From the NCBI RefSeq assembly GCF_021028975.2, contig NC_059439.1, forward strand, positions 22,010,001 through 22,074,000: 64,000 bases of DNA. Reading direction: 5' to 3'. The notes under the pieces were generated by a model, which did no database searches, was not told where the DNA came from, and saw only the letters and a list, made by a program, of their open reading frames with translations. The translations under genes and the position numbers were made by a program. Shown in pieces: positions 48,901-59,865 of this stretch (the first letter of the stretch is position 1; every line of letters starts with the position of its first letter). Origin of the DNA: Sphaerodactylus townsendi. Taxonomy: Eukaryota.

Positions 48901-50290
48901 ACAGGTACCTTGGCATCCCCACTGTTTATTAGTAAACTGTTCTCCTCTCCCCACAAAGATTTCCTATCTTCTGCTTTCACAAAGTGATTGCTGTCAATCA
49001 GTCCTTTTATCTTCAGCAAGTCACCTTCAGGAATAAGGGGGTAAGGACTGCATCAATTTGGATACTTGCAAATATTGTACATTCAAAAGCCAGTAATTTT
49101 CTTGAGACATTAGAAGTGAATGCAATCACTTTTGACCTTGGAGGAACATGGGAGGCCTTTGCTTTAACAACAAGTAATAGTCCACCACTGAGTGACTCCA
49201 CTGAACTGGGAACCTACATAAGAGTAGCCTGTCTGATTTCTAGACAGCTTCATTGATCACAATCTGCTGTAGCTTATAGAGCAAACAAAACAGCAATATA
49301 TTGTCAGTAGGTTAGATCCAGGTCACACACATATAAAAATTGGTGGATGCCATACCTGTGTGTGACATATTTATTTATTTATTTATTTATTTATTATTTC
49401 GATTTTTATACCGCCCTGTCCCCGCACATGCAGAATAATGCACTTTCAAACTGCTTTCAATGCTCTTTGAAGCTGTGCGGAATAGCAAAATCCGCTTGCA
49501 AACAGTTGTGAAAGTGGTTTGAAAACGCATTATTCTGTATGTGCGGAAGGGGCCTAATAAAGAAGGAAACTGGGCACAATTTAGTAGAAAAGTTGGCTGG
49601 AGGCAGCCCAATATCTATCAGAGTGAACTGACCCTACGTCCTGATACAGTATATCTGTATCAGTTAGAAAATGTCTTATTTGAAATTGAGCAATTGTGAC
49701 TAGGTATGTCAGGAATACATGTGAAAACTAGGACAATTCTTTAGTGCAATTGTGAACAGAGTTTCACCCTTCTAAACCCATTGGCTTCAATGGTGCTAGA
49801 ACTGTGGAACTGCTCTTTGGATTGGACTGGAAGGATCTCAATGATGTCTTTCTTCTAAACAATTCTGTGGAATCTGTCAAAACTATTTTATAGATTAATA
49901 ACTGAGTGAAAATGTCTACATTCAGTTGGTAAAACTTGAGAGTTTTTGTTCCAGCAGCAAGTTTTGGAAGCCCTCAAGCTCTCACTCCAGCTTGCCTTCC
50001 TGTCTCCCCTAAAATGTGGCATGGTAATTGAATACTTAATTTTTCCTATAGTACTTCACCCTGGCAATAATACCTGGACCAGACTTGAAAGCCAACTATA
50101 GCACTTCTCTTGGAGTTCTACCCTTATAAACCTATTGTCTTCAAAGGTACTGGAACTGTGTAACTCCTCTGAACTGGCAGGATCTTAATTATGTCTTTCT
50201 TCTTAACAATACTATGTAATATGTCACAACTATTTTACTGTCTCCCAATTATTCCCTCAACAGCAATACAAGAGAAGTCTACAGAAGAAA

Positions 50291-51247
50291 ATGGCCAACT
50301 CTAGCACTGTTACAATGTTTCTTCTTCTGGGTTTCTCGGACACTTGGGAACAAAATATATGGTACTTCATTCTTTTATTAGTGGTTTACTTGGCAGCTCT
50401 GACAGCAAACTTCCTCATCATTTCAGCTGTTGCCCTGGAACAGCACTTGCATACTCCCATGTACTTTTTCCTGGTGAATTTATCTGTTCTTGATCTGGGA
50501 TCCATATCTGTCACCATCCCAAATGCTATGATTAGTTCCCTCTTCAACACCTGGGAGATTTCATATTCTGGATGTGTAGCACAGGTGTATTCTTTGTTCT
50601 TTTTCTTGGCATCGGACTTTTTCCTCCTCACGGGCATGGCCTATGACAGATACGTTGCCATCTGTGACCCACTGCACTATGAGACAGTGATGGATAGAAC
50701 AGTCTGCATCAAGATGGCAGCCAGCGCATGGGTGGCTGGTCTTCTTTACTCAGGTTTACATACTGGTAGTACTTTTGCCATCACTTTCTGCGCCAATGTC
50801 ATCAACCAGTTCTTCTGTGAGATTTCACAGCTACTCAAACTATCATGTGACAATTTATACCTCATTGAAATTGGAGTTCTTGTTTTCAGTGAATTTATAG
50901 CCTTTTCTTGTTTTGGTTTAATAATTGTTTCATACATATACATTTTCAAGTCAGTGCTCAAAATCCCCACCACTCACGGAAGGAACAAAGCTTTCTCAAC
51001 ATGTGTACCCCACCTTATTGTTGTTTCTTTGTATATCAGCACTGGAAGCTTTGCCTATCTGAAGCCAAACTCACAATCCCCTTCAGATCTGGATCTGGTG
51101 ATTGCTATCCTGTATTCTGTGGTTCCTCCACTGATGAATCCAATCATCTATACAATGAGGAACAGGGACATCAAAACTGCACTATGGAAAATGTTTCATT
51201 GTGGCAATTTTTCAGGAAGAAAAGCAAGGCTTCCCCCATCAATCTGA
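50291..51247 (+). CDS. Olfactory receptor, intact, 318 aa (OR14-like)
   Basis: NSS site, [52 protein letters not shown]; acceptor ctcaacag upstream. Confidence 0.96.
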   Translation: MANSSTVTMFLLLGFSDTWEQNIWYFILLLVVYLAALTANFLIISAVALEQHLHTPMYFFLVNLSVLDLGSISVTIPNAMISSLFNTWEISYSGCVAQVYSLFFFLASDFFLLTGMAYDRYVAICDPLHYETVMDRTVCIKMAASAWVAGLLYSGLHTGSTFAITFCANVINQFFCEISQLLKLSCDNLYLIEIGVLVFSEFIAFSCFGLIIVSYIYIFKSVLKIPTTHGRNKAFSTCVPHLIVVSLYISTGSFAYLKPNSQSPSDLDLVIAILYSVVPPLMNPIIYTMRNRDIKTALWKMFHCGNFSGRKARLPPSI

Positions 51248-51282
51248 TCCCAAGGCACAATTTGTCAAAGAAAAAGCATTTT

Positions 51283-51397
51283 GGGATGCTGTGTGGTTTC
51301 CGGGCTGTATGGCCGTGTTCTAGCCGCATTCTGTCCTGACGTTTCACCTGCATCTGTGGCTGGCATCTTCAGAGGATCAAAAAGCCTTTGACAATAC
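51283..51397. mobile_element. Penelope-like element short insertion with inversion
   Basis: Minus-strand pLTR piece plus plus-strand terminus aaagcctttgacaatac; perfect 12-bp TSD AAAAAGCATTTT. Confidence 0.8.
51334..51376 (-). ncRNA. Minimal type-I hammerhead ribozyme (PLE-associated)
   Basis: Minus strand TCCT-CTGAAGA-T-GCC-AGCCACAGATGCA-GGT-GAAAC-GTC-AGGA; cores intact, one G-U pair in stem II. Confidence 0.78.
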
Positions 51398-52404
51398 AAA
51401 AAGCATTTTCATAGCCGTGAGATCATAAAGAAAACAGGGCACAAAAGCAACAAGACCTGCTATTTTGTACTTTGCATGTATAGTTCTGAAGGGAAGCTTT
51501 TCAGACAAGTGTTTCTTTAAAAAATAGTTTTGGGTAGCTGCAATGGTCTGTGATAGGACAACTAGATTCAAGTCTAGTAGAAACTTAGGGACTTACAAGA
51601 TTTTCAGATTATAAACTGTTACTTATAAAAGCTTATATCTCCCCAAAATCTTGGTGTTGTTTTTAAGTGTTTAATGCATTAGAAACATTTACGATAGAAG
51701 TAAGGCTTCTGCTCTTCTGAGATCATTCTTAAGAAGTACCTACACCTTTACTTAATTTGTTGCTTTTAACTGTGCTTTCAAACTAAATAGTGCATGTATT
51801 CTATATTAGTCCAGAAGTTGTTTGAATCCCCAGAACACATAAAATTTGTAAATTATTATGCTGTTGGCCCATAATAGGGACGGACTGAATTCTTTTGCTT
51901 GTTCTAAACATGCTCCCCCGCTAAAATAACGTCCCACTTTTATATCGTAAACTGTTGTTTTTAATGCTCAATGAAGACAGTCTGAAAAAGGTAAGTGGAT
52001 TGAATGGCAAGGAGGAATGGTGATGGAGCAGAAAAGTGGGTAATAGAAACAGTGTAGTGGCTGTCAGGAACAGAAAATAACAGTGGTAGGTTGGTGGGTG
52101 GGTAGGAGGAAGAAAAGGAGAGAGGAGAAGAGACAGACTAGAGAAGAAAAGAGTGAATGGGACATTGAGATGCCTCCCACAAGGGATTGCAAGTTCCCCA
52201 TTTGTAAGGCCTATAATAGAAGCCCAGTTGGAAGCTGGAATTGATCAGAAATATGGGGATTTTGATGGAAATGAGCTGCCTGTTACCTTTACCATACTGT
52301 CTACAGTTTTTGTAGCCATTTCTTTTGGTGGTGTGCCTATTCTGCTATCAATTTTAAACTGATCTATTACAAGCTTCTGGGACTGTAGAGCTGACTGTGT
52401 TAAT

Positions 52405-52858
52405 GGCCGTTTCCGCACGGGCATTAAATGGCGGCCTGGAGACGGTAAAAACGCCATCTCCAGGCCGCCATTCGCACAGGGGGCTCAGCTGCATCGCAGC
52501 CGCGCCGCCCTCGCACCACCCACCCGGCCCGAAGCCGGCGTTTTCCCAGAGCGCTGGGAAGCGCTCTTTTTGGGGAAGCGCCGCCCCCCCACCCGGCACT
52601 TACCTTGTCCCTGGGCCCCCGGCATGTCGCCGAGGCCTGGGGACACGCCCCCCTGCCCTGCACCGCTGGAGCAGGCGTGCAGGGCCAGGGGGCGTGTCCC
52701 CAGGCCTCGGTGACATGCTGGAGGCCCAGGGACACGCCGGCTCTGCGGCGCCGGCTGCCCGGCTGCTTCCAGGACCGTCCGTGCGGACGGTCCCAGGGTC
52801 GTCGGGTCGGAACACAATGTGCCGACCTAGCCGTTTCCGCCTCCGTGCGGAAACGGCC
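52405..52858. mobile_element. GC/CpG-rich Harbinger-type MITE
   Basis: Perfect TIRs GGCCGTTTCCGCACG / CGTGCGGAAACGGCC; TSD AAT. Confidence 0.9.
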
Positions 52859-53883
52859 AATGTCTATTAAATAGATATCCTCCCTGTAATGGTGGTTGAT
52901 ACATTACAAAAATATTGAGGAGACTAATCCTCCTTTGCGAAGGGTTTATAGATCCTCAAAAATAACAATTGCCACACCAAATCACATGTATCCAAAGTTT
53001 ATTTGAAATTATTAAAATGAAAACTTTTAACATATGTGGTACTGAAAATAAAAAGGAAAGTGTTTTCAAGTGTCAAGAATTCTGGAAAAATATACCAAAT
53101 TTGAAAGTCAGAGAGCCAGAAGCTCCATATAAACTCATTTATTTGTTGATCGTCTATGTTATTTATCGTCCATGTTTCTCATTAAGACTCAAGACAGGAA
53201 GGAATATTGCTCAAGGCAGTGCACAAAACAGAGATTATTAGTGTAACCAGACTAACCTGTGATGGAATTGAAGACATGGAAGGGGAGAGAATAGCCTTTC
53301 TACCTGGAGTGCTGCCCTGGCAGACCTGGCAGAAAAGCGCCCTGAACAGAGCAGCCTGGTTGCAGAACTCCATATTGGAACTGTCTGACCTTTTGGGCAA
53401 GACTGAAAAATGACACCCCCCTCCCCCACCTCATGTCTTGCACATACTCAGGAAAGCCTCTGAATATGAACAACACCATACCTGGACAAACCAGTTCTCT
53501 TTTGACTATAACTCTTAACCTACTCAAAGGTCTTCCTCTGACTCACCCTCCTAGTGACCATCTATGTGGTGGCACCCGTTATGGGTCATTTTTATTGTCC
53601 ACCACTGGCAAAACCCAACAAGATATTGGGTCAGCCATCAGTTCAACTGTCTGATAGTCAAGACAATTGCCTCATTCGGAACGGCAGGAAAAATCCTTTG
53701 TTCAAGGATTTCCTTTGCCCCAAGACACATTTTTCCATATAAGAGCATGCCTCAGAACCCACTTAGGTGTTCAATATTATCACACACCACCATGGTGCTC
53801 GATAATATTGTTCATTCAGAACTGATCATTTCAGAGGCCAGCACTGGTCTCTGTCTCTTGGACATCCGCTACAAGACTGGTAA

Positions 53884-54016
53884 NNNNNNNNNNNNNNNNN
53901 NNNNNNNNNNNNNNNNNNNNNNNNNNNNNNNNNNNNNNNNNNNNNNNNNNNNNNNNNNNNNNNNNNNNNNNNNNNNNNNNNNNNNNNNNNNNNNNNNNNN
54001 NNNNNNNNNNNNNNNN
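53884..54016. other. Assembly gap
   Basis: Run of N. Confidence 1.
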
Positions 54017-54343
54017 AGTGAGAAGGGATCTGAAGAGTACAACGATCAACAAACGTTACACTTGTGACCCTTTCCCTTCTATCCCAGATGTGATCAGACC
54101 CGGGAGTAGAGATTTAGGCACATGGATGCATATGCAGAGATCCTAACAATGATTCTTCAAATAAAATTTTTTGTTCATCTTTCCGCTTTGCTCACAATCA
54201 TAGCAGATTTATCCTACCAGTTTTCCCACTTGTGAAACTATCCAAAAGACTATGCTGTGATTCTTAGCATTTGTGTTTATCAAAGGCATATGAAATGAGG
54301 TTGCACTGAGATGGGCAACTGGGAACAATCAAGCTGAATAAAT

Positions 54344-55432
54344 GATAAGAACATAAGAACATAAGAACTAGCCTGCTGGATCAGACCAGAGTCCATCTAG
54401 TCCAGCATTCTGCTACTCGCAGTGGCCCACCAGGTGCCTTTGGGAGCTCACATGCAGGAGGTGAAAGCAATGGCCTGCTGCTGCTGCTGCTACTCCTGAG
54501 CACCTGGTCTGCTAAGGCATTTGCAATCTGAGATCAAGGAGGATCAAGATTGGTAGCCATAGATCGACTTCTCCTCCATGAATCTGTCCAAACCCTTTTT
54601 AAAGCTATCCAGGTTAGTGGCCATCACCACCTCCTGTGGCAGCATATTCCAAACACCAATCACACGTTGCGTGAAGAAGTGTTTCCTTTTATTAGTCCTA
54701 ATTCTTCCCCCCAGCATTTTCAATGGATGCCCCCTGGTTCTAGTACTGTGAGAAAGAGAGAAAAATTTCTCTCTGTGTCAACATTTTCTACCCCATGCAT
54801 AATTTTATAGACTTCAATCATATCCCCCCCCTCAGACGTCTCCTCTCCAAACTAAAGAGTCCCAAACGCTGCAGCCTCTCCTCATAAGGAAGGTGCTCCA
54901 ATCCTTCAATCATCCCCTGCGTTGCCCTTCTCCTGCCTTTTTTCTATCTCTTCCGATGTCCTTTGGGAGATGTGGCGACCAGAACTGAACACAATTACTC
55001 CAAGATTGCGAAATTAGCACCACTGCACTTTACTATAAGGGGCATGATCAATCCTTGCTTGCAGTTTTATTATCCCAACTCCGTTCCTAATTATCCCCAG
55101 CATAGAGTTTGCCTTTTTCACAGCTGCCATGCATTGAGTTGACATTCCCATGGAACTATCAACTAAGACGCCCAAATCCCTTTCCTGCTCTGTGACTGAT
55201 AGCACTGACCCCTGTAGCGTGTATGTGAAGTTTGGATTTTTTGCCCCTATGTGCATCACTTTACATTTTGCTACATTGAACTGCATTTGCCATTTCTTAG
55301 CCCACTCACCTAATTTATCAAGGTCCGCTTGGAGCTTTTCGCAATCCTTTGTGGTTCTTACCACCCTACATAATTTGGTATCATCTGCAAACTTGGCCAC
55401 CACGCTGCCCACCCCTACTTCCAAGTCATTTA
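54344..55432 (-). mobile_element. 5'-truncated CR1 LINE
   Basis: ORF 55014-55424: KFADDTKL, LQADLDKL..WQMQFNVAKCKVMHIG, ERDLGVLVD, KKANSMLGII; octamer tail (ATAAGAAC)n. Confidence 0.93.
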
Positions 55433-55805
55433 TGATAGAATTCAGTTGTATGCTGATTAAAATGTAAATCCATACTGACGTTTACATTGACCTTAAATGT
55501 AAAGATGGCAGTGTTCCTGACCCCAAAAAAAAAAGCCAGATCATATGAAATATTAAGTGAGTAAAATAGATGTCATGAGATGCATGGAGTTTTGTGGACA
55601 GTCCATTGCTACTTCCAGGAACACCAGTGACCACTGACTGATTTCTTTGATTTCCCCTCCTCTGTTTGACATACAGACTCAGAGTACGTTCCAATGAATT
55701 CCATAAAATCCATACAACATATTACAGCACCGAAAAGTTCAATCAGAATAGAATAATTTAAAATAAAAACAATGCCCTCTAGCCCTTTTGTAAACCAAAC
55801 ATATA

Positions 55806-55946
55806 GGCTCATTCCGCACATGCAGAATAATGCACTTTCAAACTGCTTTCAGTGCTCTTTGAAGCTGTGCGGAATAGCAAAATCCACTTGCAAACAGTTG
55901 TGAAAGTGGTTTGAAAACGCATTATTTTGAGTGTGCGGAAGGGGCC
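55806..55946. mobile_element. 141-bp Harbinger-type MITE
   Basis: TIRs; TSD ATA. Confidence 0.9.
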
Positions 55947-56911
55947 ATAGTGTCAAAAGGAAGGGAAAATAATGGGATGGGAAGAGCAAATCATGATAGG
56001 CTATACCCTTGTCACTGCCTTCGATCAGAAATGTTGCTATCATAAAAAGAAACATAAATTATTTCAATTGAGGCATCATAAATTAAATGTTTAATTGTGG
56101 AGAGAATGAGATATGATGCTCATCCTCTCTGCTAATTGGAAGATAACCCTTATGGGCACATAACCCAGTGAATCTTTTTATCCGAAAATCGTTGCAGTCT
56201 ACAGAGAGGAGACAACTTCTCCTGGGACCTCTATTACTGGATGTTTCTTGGATATGTGATGAACATTCTCAGCAACAATGCAAAAGATGCATATATAAAA
56301 CTTATTTCCAACAAAGTGTGCATTTACCATGAGCTCATTATTATAGAGGATGTGGATGAATGTGGAATTCACTGTTACCTTTTGGACATCTCTGGGAAAA
56401 AGAAGAAATTAAATGAGAAAGACTGAGGGTGCAACCCTAAAAGGTAAACTATCAGTCTCTCCTTATCTACCCTATTTCCTTCTCAGTCAACAAGATTCTT
56501 CTTTGCAAAGTCTACTGTATTTGTATATTTGAGAGGAAATGACTTAAGCATCCTTCAGGATGAGAATATTTTTCCTCTCTCCATTTTTTAATTTATAAAA
56601 TGCGACAATATTGTGTAGAAGCAGTTGGAACATGTGATATATGGTGCTTAAATACTGAAAACTAGCTATGCAGGTGAAATACTTGGGTAAGTTAGCTTAT
56701 AGCCTGTAAGCTGAAGTAAGTCAGTTTACAGCCTACAATTATCTGAATGAGGCTTCATGACTACAGTTGGCATCATGTATTTATTGGACAGGAATTGGAC
56801 CAATTCCTTTCCAGACTAAGGTCCTGACCCACATGGCTTTTGTCCAGGCAAGTCCCAGCACAGAGAGGTCAAAGGAGGTCAAATTCTTTTTGGGAAGTCA
56901 AAGGAGACTTT

Positions 56912-57545
56912 TGATAAAGACGCCTGTGAATCACCACGAGGCGCGGTTGCTGCTTGGGATGGGGAAAAGCAAGACCAGCTGATGCTGCCCAGTAAGGGCG
57001 GAAGGGGGAGACAGCCATGCTTGAAGAGGGCTAGTGGCACTGGAAGAAAGAAGCGGTGAGCCGAGACTTTAAAGAGGCTTGCTCTCCTTTTTCCGAGCCA
57101 TGTGCTCACCGGCTGATGATTTGCCCACCCGCCTCTCCCTAATTTTCTATGGTAATACATGCTTATTTTGTTGTAGCTTAGTTCTTGGCAGTTTGGCGCA
57201 TGGGTATGGCTCTGGAAGGGCAAGGGGAAGGGAGCTAGGGAGCTATGCCTTCCCCTCAGGAACGACAACAGTGGCAAGAAGCGACCGGCCCTGCCGAACC
57301 GGGCCAAAGGGGAACATCTCTGGCCAGGAGCGTCCATCCGGCAGAGCCCCACAGTAGAACGAACTCGGAGATGGGGCTCCCGCCCTGCTGAGCTGTAGCA
57401 TGTACCCGTATGACCAGATCCAGACCCATGCTTAGCCTCACGCTTCTGCTCAATAAAATGGCTATGGTCAATTTATCACCCCAGCAATTGACTAGAGTGT
57501 ATTATTGGTAAAGGGCCTCGCACAAAAGAGATCCACCCTCGGACA
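56912..57545 (+). mobile_element. Solo LTR-like insertion
   Basis: GC-rich, starts TG, AATAAA near the 3' end, absent from the paralogous site (~62695); related to 27545-28145; no clear TSD. Confidence 0.6.
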
Positions 57546-58908
57546 GCAATCTTTTTCACTACTGGAAAAACTGGTTGGATCCAACCGACGTATTAAACCA
57601 TCTCTCAATAGTATATTCCCCAGTATGCAACCCAATATGCCAACTTGTATTTCCATAGAAACATGCTTTCATGTTCTTTCCCACTGACCATAATTCCCCA
57701 GCTTTATTTCTGCATGGTAGGAGGAACTGTATAATCGCACCCTATGGTAACCTCACTTGTGTGCTTCTCTTTGAGTTTTGGAGACACTATGCAGGTAAAA
57801 ACATAAAAACTGAATGTATGTATTGAACCTCTATTCCTATCTTTTCCTTTATTCCTTTTCACACTAATGTACAATTTCACAGGTCCACACAGGCAGTTTG
57901 GTACTCTCACTATTAATTAGCAAACATTCTCCAATCTCAACAGAGAAATCCTATCTTCTATTTTCACAAAGTGCCTGCTATCAATTGGACATTTTCTCTT
58001 CAGCAAGTTCCCTTCAGGGACAAGAGACTGAGGACTGCATCAAAGTCAATGCAAATATTTTGTTAAAATTCCAGTACTAAATTTTCAAGCAGGAAATATT
58101 ACACTTTTTGATCTTGGAAGGACAAGAGAGATTGCTATTGCTTTTACAAATAAATATTAGTCCACCACTGAGTGAATCTATCGAATTGGGAACCTACATA
58201 TGAATAGCATATTTGACTTTTAAACAGCTTCATTTATCTCAATCTGCTGTAACTTAATGGAAGCAAACAAAACTGCAGCATTTGGTCAGTGGGATAAATC
58301 CAGATAACACTCTGGTTAAAAAGCGAGGAGACAGTATCTTTAAGCTAAAACTTTAGATGTGCATGTGGGACAGCAGCTATAATAAAATGGGAACTCGGGA
58401 AAATTTAGTAGTAAACTGACTGGAAACGAACAATCTCCATCAAAGTGAATTGACGATATATCCTGGCTTCTCAGAAGGTGAGGGTTCTGGTGGGTTCTCC
58501 CTTGATGCTTCAAAACATTTTCACAAAACCAAACTGTATTCTTAACCCCATTCCTAAATACCTATGTATCAGGGAATAGCCAAAGTTTATCTGAGTTATT
58601 GGAAAGTTTCAAAAATGATTAATAACACAGTTTATATAACAGTTAATGGGTTGGATCCAACCAGCTTAAATGATAGGAAAAAAGGAACATAAGGTCCACT
58701 TTGATCCTGCAAAGAGGATATCTTGGGGATCACTGGACCTTAAGGTACAAAATCTAAATGTAATAGTAGCAAAGGAAATATGCAATGAGAATGAGCAAGA
58801 CAAGATGGCGGAATGCAATCCAGTGAAACAGTTCTCTTCATTCATAACATCTAAATCAAGCTTGCTTTTTTCCACCAACAGCAATACAGAAGACTTCTTT
58901 ACAAGGAC

Positions 58909-59865
58909 ATGACCAACTCTAGCACTGTTACAACATTTCTTCTTCTGGGTTTCTCTGACTCTTGGGAACAAAATATATGGTATTTCATTCTTTTATTAGT
59001 GGTTTACTTGGCAGCTCTGACAGCAAACTTCCTCATCATTTCAGCTGTTTCTACAGACCAGCACTTACATACTCCCATGTACTTTTTCCTGGTGAATTTA
59101 TCTGTTGTTGATCTGGGATGCATATCTGTCACCATCCCGAATGCCATGATTAATTCTCTCTTCAACACCTGGGAGATTTCATATTCTGGATGTGTAGCAC
59201 AGGTGTATTCCTTGTTCTTTTTCTTGATAGTAGACTTTTTCCTCCTCACAGACATGGCCTATGATAGATACGTTGCCATCTGTGACCCGCTGCACTATGA
59301 GACAGTGATGGATAGAACAGTCTGCATCAAAATGGCAGCCAGCGCATGGGCTGCTGGTCTTCTTTACTCAGGTTTACATACTGGTAGTACTTTTGCCATC
59401 ACCTTCTGCTCCAATGTCATCAACCAGTTCTTCTGTGAGATCCCACAGCTACTAAAACTATCATGTGACAATCTGTACCTTATTGAAGTTGGAGTTCTTG
59501 TTTTCGGTGTGTTTGTAATCTTCCCTTGTTTTGGTTTCATAATTGTTTCATACGTGTACATTTTCAAGTCAGTGCTCAAAATCCCTACCACACAGGGAAG
59601 GAACAAAGCTTTCTCAACATGTATACCTCACCTTACTGTGGTCTCGTTGTTTGTCAGTACCGGAAGCTTTGCTTATCTGAAGCCAAACTCACAATCCTCT
59701 TCAGATCTGGACTTGATGTTTGCTATCCTGTATTCTGTGGTTCCTCCACTGATGAATCCAATCATCTATACAATGAGGAACAGGGACATCAAAACTGCCA
59801 TTTGGAAAATGATTGATTGTGGCAATTTTTCCGAAAGAAAAGCAAGGTTTTCCCCAACAATCTGA
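58909..59865 (+). CDS. Olfactory receptor, intact, 318 aa (OR14-like; tandem paralog of 50291-51247)
   Basis: [64 protein letters not shown]. Confidence 0.96.
   Translation: MTNSSTVTTFLLLGFSDSWEQNIWYFILLLVVYLAALTANFLIISAVSTDQHLHTPMYFFLVNLSVVDLGCISVTIPNAMINSLFNTWEISYSGCVAQVYSLFFFLIVDFFLLTDMAYDRYVAICDPLHYETVMDRTVCIKMAASAWAAGLLYSGLHTGSTFAITFCSNVINQFFCEIPQLLKLSCDNLYLIEVGVLVFGVFVIFPCFGFIIVSYVYIFKSVLKIPTTQGRNKAFSTCIPHLTVVSLFVSTGSFAYLKPNSQSSSDLDLMFAILYSVVPPLMNPIIYTMRNRDIKTAIWKMIDCGNFSERKARFSPTI

Noticed and set aside
52153-52400. Hydrophobic ORF with FGGVP as a helicase or viral remnant
   Set aside because: Motif spacing does not fit PIF1-type helicases and stops follow; no identity can be supported
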